Source of the DNA: Ottowia testudinis | GTDB lineage: Bacteria > Pseudomonadota > Gammaproteobacteria > Burkholderiales > Burkholderiaceae_C | DNA: 64,000 nt | Direction of reading: 5' to 3' | Assembly: GCF_017498525.1 (NCBI RefSeq) | Contig: NZ_CP071796.1 | Location: 4,098,041-4,162,040, forward strand | Shown: in pieces, positions 49,379 to 62,925 of the stretch | How the letters are laid out: the number at the start of each line of letters is the position of its first letter | Numbering within the stretch: position 1 is the first letter of the stretch | Translations under genes and position numbers: made by a program | The notes under the pieces: generated by a model | Seen by the model: only the letters and a program-made list of their open reading frames with translations | What the model was told of the DNA's origin: nothing | Databases searched by the model: none

Positions 49379-50269
49379 ATGAGCGACATCACGCACGACG
49401 AAGCACACACCGGCCCCATCAAAACCCCGAGGCAGCTGTTCTGGGCCAGCATGGGGGCGTTCGTGTTGCCGGTGTTCATCATCATCGGCCTGGTTTTCTT
49501 CGTCACCTCGGACAACAAGAAGGCGCCCGGCGCCTCCGATGTCGAGCGCGCCATCGCCGAACGCCTGCAGAAGGTCGGCACGGTGGAAATCCGCGACGCC
49601 AACCGGCCGCTGGCCAGTGGCGAAGAGGTCTACAAGGCCCAGTGCACGGCCTGTCACGCGACGGGCGTCTCGGGCGCGCCGAAAACGGGCAACGCCGCCG
49701 AGTGGGCGCCACGCATCGCCAAGGGTTACGACACCCTGCTGCTGCACGCGGTCAAGGGCTTCAACGCCATGGCGCCGCAGGGTGGCGGCAATTTCAGCGA
49801 CCTGGAAATCGGCCGCGCCGTGGTTTACCTGGCCAACGCCGCCGGTGGCAAGCTGGCCGAGCCGGCCGCCCCAGCCAGCGGTGCGGCATCGGCAGCCGCT
49901 CCGGCTGAAGCGCCCTCCGCCGCAGCGTCAGCATCCGCCCCAGCACCAGCCGCCTCGGCGGCGGCTTCCGCACCGGCGGCCATTGTGGCCGCCGCCGCAC
50001 CCGCCGCTGCGGCCGCACCGGCCGCCGACCCGGCCGTGGGCAAGGCGTTGTACGAAAAGGCCTGCGTCACCTGCCACGCCGCCGGCGTGGCTGGCGCGCC
50101 CAAGTTCGGCGACAAGGCCGCCTGGGCGCCCCGCATTGCCACCGGCATGGACGCCATCATGCAAGTGGTCATCAACGGCCGGGGGGCAATGCCGCCGCGC
50201 GGCGCATCGACCGCCACCGACGACGAACTGCGCGCCGCCGCCCAGTACATGGTGGACCACGCCAAGTAA
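49379..50269 (+). CDS. Dihaem cytochrome c (c5-like domains) with N-terminal membrane anchor and long Ala/Pro/Ser linker
   Basis: Two CxxCH motifs (CTACH, CVTCH), each followed by GVxGAPKxG...WAPRIA. About 70 residues of A/P/S-rich linker lie between them. Confidence 0.85.
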   Translation: MSDITHDEAHTGPIKTPRQLFWASMGAFVLPVFIIIGLVFFVTSDNKKAPGASDVERAIAERLQKVGTVEIRDANRPLASGEEVYKAQCTACHATGVSGAPKTGNAAEWAPRIAKGYDTLLLHAVKGFNAMAPQGGGNFSDLEIGRAVVYLANAAGGKLAEPAAPASGAASAAAPAEAPSAAASASAPAPAASAAASAPAAIVAAAAPAAAAAPAADPAVGKALYEKACVTCHAAGVAGAPKFGDKAAWAPRIATGMDAIMQVVINGRGAMPPRGASTATDDELRAAAQYMVDHAK

Positions 50270-50287
50270 TCCACCGCTTGGCGCCAT

Positions 50288-50319
50288 GAAAAAAGCCGCT
50301 GCATCAGCGGCTTTTTTTC
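50288..50319. terminator. Rho-independent terminator (GCCGCTG-CAT-CAGCGGC + TTTTTTT), with an A-tract on the other side, so likely bidirectional
   Basis: Seen directly, 19 bp after the cytochrome c stop. Confidence 0.75.
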
Positions 50320-50326
50320 CATGCTC

Positions 50327-50386
50327 AAATCGGCCGCCAGCGCTTGACCATCAAGCGTGAGCAGCTATGAAATCATGAGTAATTGA
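50327..50386. repeat. Family A repeat (CCAGCGCTTGACCATCAAGCGTGAGCAGCTATGAAATCATGAG)
   Basis: Adjacent to the terminator. Confidence 0.7.
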
Positions 50387-50403
50387 TGCGCCAACCGCGG
50401 CGC

Positions 50404-50946
50404 TCAGCCGGCCGCGCTTGCGGCCTGCGGACTGCTCACGTAGCCTTCGCGCGCGGCCAAATCCGCCGCCACCACGGGCCGCGGATGCCAGCGGCCGGCC
50501 TCCACGGCGTCGGCCACCCACGGCACGTCCTGCGTGTGCACCAGGCCGAAGCCGAGGTCGGTGCGCAGGAAGACCCGGCCCGCCTCGTCGGTGAACACCT
50601 CGCGCACCGCGGCCGGCCGGCCGTCGTGTGCGCTGACCGCGCCGTCGGGCGCCAGCCGCCAGATCCACGGCGTGACTTCGAGCTCGACGAACACGCGCTG
50701 CGGGCCGTTCTGGAAGAACCAGCGGCCCGCCTCATCCGCCTGGTAGTTGCGCTGGATGAACTCGATCAGCTTCTGGTGCTCGATGCGCGAGCCCTTGGCC
50801 CCCGGGGCGCCGCTGGCAAAGCCGCCCAGCGCCTGGGCCCGGGCATCGCGCAGATACCAGTGGCCGCGCGCGTCCAGCCCCAGCCAGCCGTAGGCGTGCG
50901 GCACGTTGGGCCACTTGACCATGGCCTGCTTGACGATGTCGTCCAT
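50404..50946 (-). CDS. Conserved hypothetical protein (about 180 aa)
   Basis: MDDIVKQAMVKWPNVPHAYGWLGLDARGHWYL...; no family assigned. Start chosen at the internal ATG. Confidence 0.5.
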   Translation of the reverse strand: MDDIVKQAMVKWPNVPHAYGWLGLDARGHWYLRDARAQALGGFASGAPGAKGSRIEHQKLIEFIQRNYQADEAGRWFFQNGPQRVFVELEVTPWIWRLAPDGAVSAHDGRPAAVREVFTDEAGRVFLRTDLGFGLVHTQDVPWVADAVEAGRWHPRPVVAADLAAREGYVSSPQAASAAG

Positions 50947-50953
50947 CGGGCCA

Positions 50954-51958
50954 TTATGGGCCGCGCCCCGCTTGCGCCAGCAGCCAGCCACCTACGGCGC
51001 GCGGCAGCCAGAACACGTGGCCCGGCGGCAGCGCGCCTTCGGCAAAGCCGACGTGCCCGCCCTCGCGCGGCTGCCACAGCGTGACGTAGCGCCCCACCTC
51101 GCCCGCGCGCGGCAGCGACGCGGCGGGCACGAAGGGATCGTTCAGCGCATTCAGCGCCAGCGCCGGCACGCGGATGCCGGGCAGCAGCGGTTTGGCCGAG
51201 GCGCGCCGGTAGTAGTCAGCCACTCCCGCGAAGCCGTGCAGCGGCGCGGTGAACAGGTCGTCGAAGGCGATCAAATCGCGCGCCGCGCGCAGGCGCCGCG
51301 GGTCGAACAGGCCGGGGTGCTGCGCCAGCTTGGCCGCCGCCTTGGCCTTCATGGTGCGCAAGAACATGCGGGTATAGACCTGCCGGTTGAAGCCGTGGCC
51401 GATGGCGCTGGCGCCGGCCGCCAGATCGAGCGGCGCGCACACCGACGCCACGGCGCTGACGCTGCGTGCCGCCGCGCCGCCTGCCTCGCCAGCCCAGCGC
51501 AGCAGCGCATTGCCGCCCAGCGACACGCCAACCGCCAGCAGCGGCTGGCCGCGCGTGGCGGGCTCGGCATCGAGCCGGGCGCGCAGGCGGCCCAGCAGCC
51601 AACCGATCTCGGCCACGTCGCCCGAGTGGTAGGCGCGCGGCGCGTGGTTGATCTCGCCCGAGCAGCCGCGAAAGTGCGGCACCGCCAAACCAAGACCGCG
51701 CGCCCGCGCCCAGCCAGCGAAGGCTTCGGCATAGTGGCTGCGCGAGGAGCCTTCGAGGCCGTGGAACAACACCACGAACGGCGCCGCGCACGGCGGTTGG
51801 GCCAGAAAGTCGACGTCGACGAAGTCGCCATCGGGCGTGGCCCAGCGCTCGCGCCGGTAAGCCACGCGCCCGCCCACGACGCGTCGCGCGCGCAGCGCCG
51901 GCCACAAGGTCTGCAGCTGGCCGCCGGGCAGCCAGGCGGGGGCGCGGTAGATGGTCAC
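50954..51958 (-). CDS. YheT-type alpha/beta hydrolase
   Basis: VLFHGLEGSS...GVSLGGN nucleophile elbow; layout typical of the YheT/ABHD family. Confidence 0.8.
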   Translation of the reverse strand: MTIYRAPAWLPGGQLQTLWPALRARRVVGGRVAYRRERWATPDGDFVDVDFLAQPPCAAPFVVLFHGLEGSSRSHYAEAFAGWARARGLGLAVPHFRGCSGEINHAPRAYHSGDVAEIGWLLGRLRARLDAEPATRGQPLLAVGVSLGGNALLRWAGEAGGAAARSVSAVASVCAPLDLAAGASAIGHGFNRQVYTRMFLRTMKAKAAAKLAQHPGLFDPRRLRAARDLIAFDDLFTAPLHGFAGVADYYRRASAKPLLPGIRVPALALNALNDPFVPAASLPRAGEVGRYVTLWQPREGGHVGFAEGALPPGHVFWLPRAVGGWLLAQAGRGP

Positions 51959-51965
51959 TTCAAAA

Positions 51966-52006
51966 TCTATAGCTGCTCGCGCAAGTTGGGCGCGCGAAAG
52001 CGCCGT
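51966..52006. repeat. Family A repeat, divergent subtype (TATAGCTGCTCGCGCAAGTTGGGCGCGCGAAAGCGCC)
   Basis: Left flank of C4. Confidence 0.55.
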
Positions 52007-52023
52007 TTTTCATGCTGAACCCA

Positions 52024-52130
52024 AAACCTTTGAACGCAAAGTGCGCAGAGATTTCGCAAAAGCCGCAGAAGTTTTTTCTGGTTTTCTTTTGCGTCTTTTG
52101 CGTGATCTTTGCGACCTTTGCGTTCAAGAA
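52024..52130. repeat. Family C element, copy C4 (arms built from ACGCAAAG / CGCAGA units)
   Basis: TTTGAACGCAAAGTGCGCAGAGATTTCGCAAAAGCCGCAGAAG ... CTTTTGCGTCTTTTGCGTGATCTTTGCGACCTTTGCGTTCAAG; the arms are inverted repeats. Confidence 0.6.
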
Positions 52131-52135
52131 ACATC

Positions 52136-52170
52136 AAAAATCATAGCTGCTCGCGCTTGATTGACGTGGA
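52136..52170. repeat. Family A half-site (AAAAATCATAGCTGCTCGCGCTTGATTGACG), in direct orientation to 51966-52006
   Basis: Right flank of C4. Confidence 0.55.
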
Positions 52171-52220
52171 CCAGAGCCCTTTTTGACCTGAAAATCGCCT
52201 TTCGCGAAGGGCGCCGTCGG

Positions 52221-52667
52221 TCAATGCAGCAAGTGCGCGTGCTGCGTCACCTCGGCCACCTCGCTGCGCCCGGGGCTGGCGTGGTGCGCCACCAGGCGCC
52301 AGCCGTGCGCGGTCTTCAGGTACACGTTGGTGGCCACCACCCAGGCGCGGCGCACGCCCTCGGCGGTGTGCTGATCGACGCGCTCGAGCACGTTGTGCAC
52401 GGCGGCGCCAAGGGCTTCAACGCGGCGCAGGCGCTCGGGCGTGGCGTGGATGGCGCCGGCGCCGAACATCTGTTCGAACGCCTGCCGGATGGCGGCGGCG
52501 CCGACCAGCCGCGGGCCGCCGGGGTGCACGCAGACGATCTCGTCCTCGTCGGCCCAGCAGGCCATGAGCTGCTCCAGGTCGGCGTTGTGCAGCGCTTCGT
52601 AGAACGCCGTCTCGACCTCGTCGGCGGAGCCGCCGAACTGGGCGGCGCGGTAGCGTGACTTGGGCAT
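52221..52667 (-). CDS. NTF2-like / SnoaL-like (ketosteroid isomerase-fold) protein
   Basis: 148 aa. Composition and length fit DUF4440/SnoaL-like proteins. Weak assignment. Confidence 0.55.
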   Translation of the reverse strand: MPKSRYRAAQFGGSADEVETAFYEALHNADLEQLMACWADEDEIVCVHPGGPRLVGAAAIRQAFEQMFGAGAIHATPERLRRVEALGAAVHNVLERVDQHTAEGVRRAWVVATNVYLKTAHGWRLVAHHASPGRSEVAEVTQHAHLLH

Positions 52668-52830
52668 GGGCGGGCAAGCGGTGGCGATCGATGGCCCCGA
52701 TTGTGCCGCGCCCGCCGCCCCGCTTGAACACGGGACGGCGGCTCGGCACGGGCGCTCGGCCTACAGATCGGCACCCCCCAGCTGTGCTAACTTGCGCGCC
52801 TGTTCGGAACAACTCTCTGGAGAAACCCCC

Positions 52831-53451
52831 ATGAAAAGCTGGCTCATCAAGATTGGTGCGCTGCTGGCCCTGGCCGCGTCGCTGACCGGCTGCGGTTACA
52901 ACGACTTTCAGCGCCTGGATGAGACCACCAAGTCGGCCTGGAGCGAAGTGGTCAACCAGTACCAGCGCCGCGCTGATTTGATCGACAACCTGGTCAATAC
53001 CGTCAAGGGCGAGGCCAAGTTCGAGCAGGACACGCTCAACCAGGTCATCTCGGCCCGCGCCAAGGCCACCAGCATCCAGGTCACGCCCGAGACGCTGAAC
53101 AACCCCGAGGCGTTCAAGCAGTTCCAGGCCGCGCAGGGCGAGCTCTCCAGCGCCCTGAGCCGCCTGATGGTGACGGTGGAGCGCTACCCCGACCTGAAGG
53201 CCAACAAGGCGTTTGCCGACCTGCGCGTGGCGCTGGAAGGCACCGAGAATCGCATCGCGGTGGCGCGCAACCGCTACATCGAGGCGGTGAAGGATTACAA
53301 CGTGCTCGCGCGCAGCTTTCCAACCAATCTGACGGGCATGGTCTTCGGCTACAAGCCGAAGGAGAACTTCACCGTGGCCAATGAGGCGGCGATTTCCACC
53401 GCGCCGCGCGTCGACTTTGGCACCAGCCCGGCGCCGGCGGCCTCGCGCTGA
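52831..53451 (+). CDS. LemA-family lipoprotein
   Basis: Lipobox LTGCGYN. The LemA-type coiled coil is conserved. Confidence 0.9.
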   Translation: MKSWLIKIGALLALAASLTGCGYNDFQRLDETTKSAWSEVVNQYQRRADLIDNLVNTVKGEAKFEQDTLNQVISARAKATSIQVTPETLNNPEAFKQFQAAQGELSSALSRLMVTVERYPDLKANKAFADLRVALEGTENRIAVARNRYIEAVKDYNVLARSFPTNLTGMVFGYKPKENFTVANEAAISTAPRVDFGTSPAPAASR

Positions 53452-53479
53452 AACGGCCGCGCACCTGCGCTTCATTTGA

Positions 53480-54418
53480 TTGCCTAAATTGCGTCTCGCG
53501 CACGTCCTGAAAGCGCTGGCAGCTATATTTTTTATAGCTTACTCGGTATTGGCCGCGCACGCGCAGCCGCTGCTGCCCGTGCCGCCGCTGACCAGCCACG
53601 TGATCGACACGTCGGGCACGCTGCAGCCGGCCGCGATCGCCGCGCTGGACGCCAAGCTGGCGACGCTGGAGCGCGATAAGGGCTCGCAGGTGGTGGTGCT
53701 GATGGTGCCGGCCACGGCGCCGGAGGACATCGCCGCCTTCGCCAACCGCGTCGGCAACGCCTGGAAGATCGGCCGCAAGGACGTGGGCGACGGCCTGATC
53801 GTGCTGGTGGCGGTGAAAGACCGCCGCATGCGCATCGAGGTCGCCAAGACGCTGGAAGGCGCTATCCCCGACATCGCCGCCAAGCACATCATCGACGAGG
53901 CCATGGCGCCGCACTTCCGCCAGGGCGACTACGCGGCCGGACTCGACGCCGCCATCGACCAGATCGGCGCGCGCATCCGCGGCGAGCCGCTGCCGCCGGT
54001 GACGCAGGCCACTCAGGGGCGCGGCGGCCAGGACAGCGGCGGCTTTGGCTTTGGCATCGTCGAGATCGCGATCCTGCTGTTCCTCCTGGTGCCGGTCATC
54101 AGCGCCGTGGCGCGCGGCATCTTCGGGCGCAAGCTGGGCGCGCTGGCCACTGGCGCCGGCGTGGGCGGCGTGGCATTTCTGGTCACGGCCAGCGTGTGGA
54201 TCGCCGTGGTGGCCGGCATGGTGGCTCTGCTGTTCGCGCTGTTCAGTGGCATGGCGGCGGCGCTGCCGCAGGCGCGTGGGCGCGGCGGCGGCTGGGGCGG
54301 CCCGGTGATTCTGCCGCCTTCAGGCGGCAGCTGGGGCGGCGGCGGCGGCGGTTTTGGCGGCTTCGGCTCAGGCGGTGGCGGTGATTTTGGTGGCGGCGGC
54401 GCCAGCGGCGGGTGGTAA
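53480..54418 (+). CDS. TPM-domain (YgcG-like) membrane protein with Gly-rich C-terminal tail
   Basis: Signal peptide, TPM domain (IDTSGTLQPAAIAALDAKLATLERDKGSQVVVLMV), transmembrane helices, then the tail GGGWGGPV...GGGGGFGGFGSGGGGDFGGGGASGGW. Confidence 0.85.
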   Translation: MPKLRLAHVLKALAAIFFIAYSVLAAHAQPLLPVPPLTSHVIDTSGTLQPAAIAALDAKLATLERDKGSQVVVLMVPATAPEDIAAFANRVGNAWKIGRKDVGDGLIVLVAVKDRRMRIEVAKTLEGAIPDIAAKHIIDEAMAPHFRQGDYAAGLDAAIDQIGARIRGEPLPPVTQATQGRGGQDSGGFGFGIVEIAILLFLLVPVISAVARGIFGRKLGALATGAGVGGVAFLVTASVWIAVVAGMVALLFALFSGMAAALPQARGRGGGWGGPVILPPSGGSWGGGGGGFGGFGSGGGGDFGGGGASGGW

Positions 54419-54420
54419 GC

Positions 54421-54963
54421 ATGCTCCAGACCCTGACGCGCCTGATCCGCCACCGCTGGCTCGACCACACCGATGCCCGGCGCGCCGTGCCGGCGCCGCT
54501 GGCCGAGCAATTGCGCCGTCGCGTGGCCGCCAGCGAGCAACGCCACAGCGGCGAGGTGCGCATCTGCGTCGAAGGCGGCTTGCCCACCAGTTACCTGTGG
54601 AGGCATCTGCGCGACGGCGTGCCCATGCAGCACATAGTGCGCCAGCGCGCGCTGATGATGTTCGCCAAGCTGCGCGTGTGGGACACCCATGACAACAATG
54701 GCGTGCTGATCTATTTGCTGCTGGCCGAAAACGCCATCGAACTGGTGGCCGACCGTGGCGTGGCGCGGCATGTCGAACCCGCCGTCTGGCAGGCTGTGGT
54801 GGCGCACCTGGGCGAAGAGCTGCGCCAGGGCCACTTCGAAGAGGGCCTGACGCGCGCGCTGGAAGAGGTTTCGGCGGTGCTGGTGGCGCACTTTCCCCAA
54901 GCCGACGACGGCACGGCGCCACCGGCGCCCAATCAATTGCCGGACGAACCGGTGCTGCGCTGA
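54421..54963 (+). CDS. Second TPM-domain protein (cytoplasmic paralog)
   Basis: GEVRICVEGGLP...NGVLIYLLLAENAIELVADRG matches the TPM phosphatase-like fold. Confidence 0.7.
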   Translation: MLQTLTRLIRHRWLDHTDARRAVPAPLAEQLRRRVAASEQRHSGEVRICVEGGLPTSYLWRHLRDGVPMQHIVRQRALMMFAKLRVWDTHDNNGVLIYLLLAENAIELVADRGVARHVEPAVWQAVVAHLGEELRQGHFEEGLTRALEEVSAVLVAHFPQADDGTAPPAPNQLPDEPVLR

Positions 54964-54987
54964 CGCCCGGGCAGCCGCCCCGAGGAT

Positions 54988-55584
54988 CTATGCGGCGGCC
55001 GGCTTCTCGCCTTGCGCCGCCAGCTGATCAAGCAGGCGCTTGTTCACGCCGTGCGCCGCGTCCAGTTCCTGCTGCAAGGCCTTGCTGACCTGCGCAAAGG
55101 TCATCAGCTTGCGGTTGGTTTCGCGCAGATGATCGGCAATGCGCTTGGACATCGCCAGCAACAGGCGCGCGGCCACGCTCGGGTGCGTGTCCATCAGGCG
55201 CGTCAACGCTTCGCGCGTCAGCACCGCCAGCGCCAGGTCGGTGGATGCCGTGCAGGTGGCCGAGCGCGGACCGCCGTCGATGATGCCCATGTCACCGATC
55301 AGACTGCCGGGCCCCAGCACCGACACCACCATGCTGTCGTGCGCCGCCGCCACCGAGTTTTCGACCGTGACCTCGCCGTCGAGCAGCAGCGCCATGAAGT
55401 CATTGCGCGTGATCTCGCCTTCGCGGATGACGATCTCGCCGGCCTTGATGCGCTCTGGCCGCATATAGCCCACCACCTCGCGCGCATCGGCGGCGCTGAG
55501 CTCGACCAGCGCACCCTCGGTGATCAGCAGTGCCGCCGCCTTGATCTGGACGCTCTCGCCCGTCCGGGCTTTGCCTGAAAACAT
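54988..55584 (-). CDS. Cyclic nucleotide-binding domain protein (standalone, about 198 aa)
   Basis: IREGEITRNDFMALLLDGEVTV...GPGSLIGDMGIIDGGPRSATCTA cNMP-binding beta-roll with a C-terminal helical tail. Confidence 0.8.
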   Translation of the reverse strand: MFSGKARTGESVQIKAAALLITEGALVELSAADAREVVGYMRPERIKAGEIVIREGEITRNDFMALLLDGEVTVENSVAAAHDSMVVSVLGPGSLIGDMGIIDGGPRSATCTASTDLALAVLTREALTRLMDTHPSVAARLLLAMSKRIADHLRETNRKLMTFAQVSKALQQELDAAHGVNKRLLDQLAAQGEKPAAA

Positions 55585-55631
55585 CCCTGAATTGTAGGGA
55601 CCGATCCGCCGCCGGGCGAAGACAATAGTCG

Positions 55632-55662
55632 ATAAAAAAACAAAGCCCGCACGAAGCGGGCC
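55632..55662 (-). terminator. Rho-independent terminator of the atp operon (GCCCGC-TTCGT-GCGGGC + TTTGTTTTTTT on the minus strand)
   Basis: Seen directly, about 40 bp after the atpC stop. Confidence 0.75.
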
Positions 55663-55700
55663 TGAATTTAGGGGCTGCGGCTGGCGCGGCCAATTGTGGT

Positions 55701-56120
55701 TCAACGTTTCTGGCGGTATTTGCGCAGCGCGGCGATCTGGGCCGCCAGGATCGCCAGTTCGGACGTCGCGCGGGCCATGTCGATCTCGCTTTTGGCGTTT
55801 TTAAGGGCCTCCTCGGCGTCCTTGCGGGCTTCAGAGGCCTTGGCCTCGTCCAGATCCTTGCCGCGGATCGCGGTATCAGACAAGACGGTGACGACATTGG
55901 GCTGCACTTCGAGAATGCCGCCGGCAACGAAGATGAATTCCTCGCCGCCGGAGGGTGTCATTACGCGCACGGCACCCGGCTTGATGCGCGTGATCAGCGG
56001 CGTGTGGCGCGGGTAGATGCCCAACTCGCCGGCTTCGCCGGGCAGCGCAACGAACGTGGCCTCGCCCGAGAAGATCGACTCCTCGGCGCTGACCACATCG
56101 ACGTGAATGGTGTTGGCCAT
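55701..56120 (-). CDS. atpC: F1 ATP synthase epsilon subunit
   Basis: [42 protein letters not shown]. Confidence 0.95.
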   Translation of the reverse strand: MANTIHVDVVSAEESIFSGEATFVALPGEAGELGIYPRHTPLITRIKPGAVRVMTPSGGEEFIFVAGGILEVQPNVVTVLSDTAIRGKDLDEAKASEARKDAEEALKNAKSEIDMARATSELAILAAQIAALRKYRQKR

Positions 56121-56147
56121 GTGTGGGGCTCCTGGTTCGGGGCCGCC

Positions 56148-58495
<2,348 letters not shown>

Positions 58496-58516
58496 AGCTC
58501 TCTCCTGCCGGCCGGA

Positions 58517-60076
<1,560 letters not shown>

Positions 60077-60124
60077 GACTCTTTCCTTGTCCTTTGGGTT
60101 ATCGAGGGGCTCGTACCTGACGCA

Positions 60125-60655
60125 TCAGGCGGTGAGGGCCATCTTCATTTGTTCCAGGCGGGCCTTGACCGAAGTGTCCAGCACCTCGTCGCCCACCACG
60201 ACGCGCACGCCGCCGATCAGCTGAGGATCGACCTGCACGCTGGGTTCCAGCCGGCGGCCGAAGCGCTTTTCCAGCGTGGCCTTCAGTTCGGCCAGTTCGG
60301 CCGGACCGATGGGGAAAGCGCTCTGGATCAGCGCGTCTGCACTGCCGCTCACGCGGTTGGCCAGTTGGCGGAATTGGCGCGCCACCTCGGGCAACGCGGC
60401 CAGACGATCGTTGTCGATCACGGCACGAAGAAAGTTGCTGCCGCGCTCGGGCAGCGGACTCTTCAGCACGCTGGTAACGATGTGATAAACCTGACTGGCG
60501 TTGACCTTGGGGTTGGCGGCAAACTGCAGCAACTCGTCGTTGCCCGCCGCGCCCGCCAAGCCATCCAGCCACGATTGCGTCGCCGCCAGATCGGCGCGCG
60601 ACACCTGAAACAGAGCCTCGGCGTACGGTCTTGCAATGGTGGCGAGTTCTGCCAT
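60125..60655 (-). CDS. atpH: F1 ATP synthase delta subunit
   Basis: [18 protein letters not shown]. Confidence 0.9.
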   Translation of the reverse strand: MAELATIARPYAEALFQVSRADLAATQSWLDGLAGAAGNDELLQFAANPKVNASQVYHIVTSVLKSPLPERGSNFLRAVIDNDRLAALPEVARQFRQLANRVSGSADALIQSAFPIGPAELAELKATLEKRFGRRLEPSVQVDPQLIGGVRVVVGDEVLDTSVKARLEQMKMALTA

Positions 60656-60686
60656 GGGGATTTTCCTTTGCGCGTGCCCTGACGAA

Positions 60687-61157
60687 TCAGAGCTCGGCCT
60701 TCAAACGGCCCAGCAGATCCGCATGCACCGCCGGGTTGACTTCCTTGCGCAGGATTTGCTCGGCGCCCTTGACGGCCAGCGTGGCCACCTGCTCGCGCAG
60801 CGCTTCGCGCGCGCGCACCACCTGCTGCTCGGCATCGGCGCGAGCGGCAGCGACGATCTTGCCGGCTTCCTCGGTGGCGCGCACCTTGGCTTCCTCGATG
60901 ATCTGCTGCGCACGGCGCTCGGCGTCGGCCAGGCGGACCGCGGTCTCGTTGCGCGAGTTGGCCAGCTCCTTCTCGACGCGCTGATTGGCGGCGGCGAGTT
61001 CGGTCTTGGCCTTGTCGGCGGCAGCGAGGCCGTCGGCGATTTTCTGTGCCCGCTCGTCCAGCGCCTTCGTGATCGGCGGCCACACGAACTTCATCGTGAA
61101 CCAGACCAGGATCGCGAAGACAACGGCCTGCAGGAACAGGGTCGCGTTGATGTTCAC
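60687..61157 (-). CDS. atpF: Fo ATP synthase b subunit
   Basis: N-terminal transmembrane segment plus long charged helix. Confidence 0.9.
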   Translation of the reverse strand: MNINATLFLQAVVFAILVWFTMKFVWPPITKALDERAQKIADGLAAADKAKTELAAANQRVEKELANSRNETAVRLADAERRAQQIIEEAKVRATEEAGKIVAAARADAEQQVVRAREALREQVATLAVKGAEQILRKEVNPAVHADLLGRLKAEL

Positions 61158-61194
61158 GTCTCGACTCCTTTCAGTCTCGAAAGGCTAAAGCCGA

Positions 61195-61503
<309 letters not shown>

Positions 61504-62385
61504 TCAGTGCGCGTCGTGCGCCTGACCCACGTAAATCAGCGTCAGCATCATGAAGATGAACGCCTGCAGCGTAATGATCAGGATGTGGAAGATGGCCCAC
61601 ACAGATCCCGCAATCACGTGCCCGACACCCAGCCAGAAACCGCCCGAGAGGGGGTTGAACTGCCAGGCCCATACGCCGCCCATGAGGGCGATCAGCATGA
61701 AGACGAGTTCGCCGGCAAACATGTTGCCGAACAGTCGCATGCCGTGGGACACGGTCTTGGCGACGAATTCGATGATCTGCATCAGGAAGTTGATCGGCCA
61801 CAGCACCGGGTGCGCGCCGAACGGGGCCGTGACCAGCTCGTGCGCCCAACCGCCGGCGCCCTTGATCTTGACGTTGTAGACCAGGCAGACCAGCAGCACG
61901 CTGATCGACAGGCCCAGCGTGGTGGACAAGTCCGCCGTCGGCACCACGCGCTGGTATGCGTGGGCGTCGCCCGTGACGCCCTGCCAAGCGATGGGCAGCA
62001 AATCGACCGGCAGCAGGTCCATGGCGTTCATCACGAAGATCCAGACGAACACCGTCAGCGCCAGCGGCGATACCAGCTTGCGGCTTTTGGCGTTGTGAAT
62101 CACGCCCTTGGCCTGGTTTTCGACCATCTCGGACATGATTTCAACCGCGGCCTGAAAGCGCCCCGGCACGCCCGACGTGGCCTTGCGGGCGCCCAGCCAC
62201 AGCAGCCAGCAGCCGATGGCGCCCAGCAGCACCGACCAGAACACCGAGTCGGCGTTGAACAGACTGAAGTCGATGATGTTTTTCTGCGGGACGTTCTCGA
62301 AGGAGAAATTCTTCTGCAGATGGTGCAGGTGATGCTGGATGTATTCCCCAGCTTTCGGTCCGTGTACAGCGGTTTCAGCAGCCAT
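61504..62385 (-). CDS. atpB: Fo ATP synthase a subunit
   Basis: Conserved R in the ..NMFAGELVF.. region. Confidence 0.95.
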   Translation of the reverse strand: MAAETAVHGPKAGEYIQHHLHHLQKNFSFENVPQKNIIDFSLFNADSVFWSVLLGAIGCWLLWLGARKATSGVPGRFQAAVEIMSEMVENQAKGVIHNAKSRKLVSPLALTVFVWIFVMNAMDLLPVDLLPIAWQGVTGDAHAYQRVVPTADLSTTLGLSISVLLVCLVYNVKIKGAGGWAHELVTAPFGAHPVLWPINFLMQIIEFVAKTVSHGMRLFGNMFAGELVFMLIALMGGVWAWQFNPLSGGFWLGVGHVIAGSVWAIFHILIITLQAFIFMMLTLIYVGQAHDAH

Positions 62386-62406
62386 AAGTCACCAGTTGTT
62401 CCTACG

Positions 62407-62925
62407 TCACTCTCGTCGCGCCGTGCGGCCCCTCGCCGACATCAGCCACAAAGCCACCCAAGCAGCCTTGATCGTCACCACAAAACCGGCCAGCAAGGCC
62501 AGCCAGTGCACCTGCGTGAGCACCTTGGGCGCCGCCAGCAGCAGAGCCACGGTGAGCACGATCTTGATCCCCTCCCCCACCATCAGCGCCATCAGGGCGC
62601 CGCCGGCGTTGGCTTGCCGTCGCATCCGGCGCGCCACCATGCGGGCAAACACGACCGCTGGCAACCACGCCGCCAAGGCGCCGTAGGCCGCGGATCGGGT
62701 GACGGGCATTTCGCCCGCCGGCCACCACCACGCCAAGGCCACCACCGCCAGACCGGCCACCGCCTGGGCCCAGACCACGGGCCAGGGCGACAGAGGGGGC
62801 TGGGCTGCACGCCATTCGCGCGCCTCGTCGGCGCTCATGGGCTTGAAATCGGCGTCGAAGGCGTCAACTGCCTTCTCGGCGAACCCGTCTTGCGCGCTTG
62901 CAGGCTCGGGTGCGATCTTGACCAT
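62407..62925 (-). CDS. atpI: ATP synthase protein I-like membrane protein
   Basis: Small 4-transmembrane protein at the head of the operon. Confidence 0.7.
   Translation of the reverse strand: MVKIAPEPASAQDGFAEKAVDAFDADFKPMSADEAREWRAAQPPLSPWPVVWAQAVAGLAVVALAWWWPAGEMPVTRSAAYGALAAWLPAVVFARMVARRMRRQANAGGALMALMVGEGIKIVLTVALLLAAPKVLTQVHWLALLAGFVVTIKAAWVALWLMSARGRTARRE

Noticed and set aside
49794-50328. Minus-strand ORFs (167 aa, 119 aa) within the cytochrome c gene
   Set aside because: They are the mirror image of the Ala/Pro-rich linker-coding region and are low-complexity artefacts.
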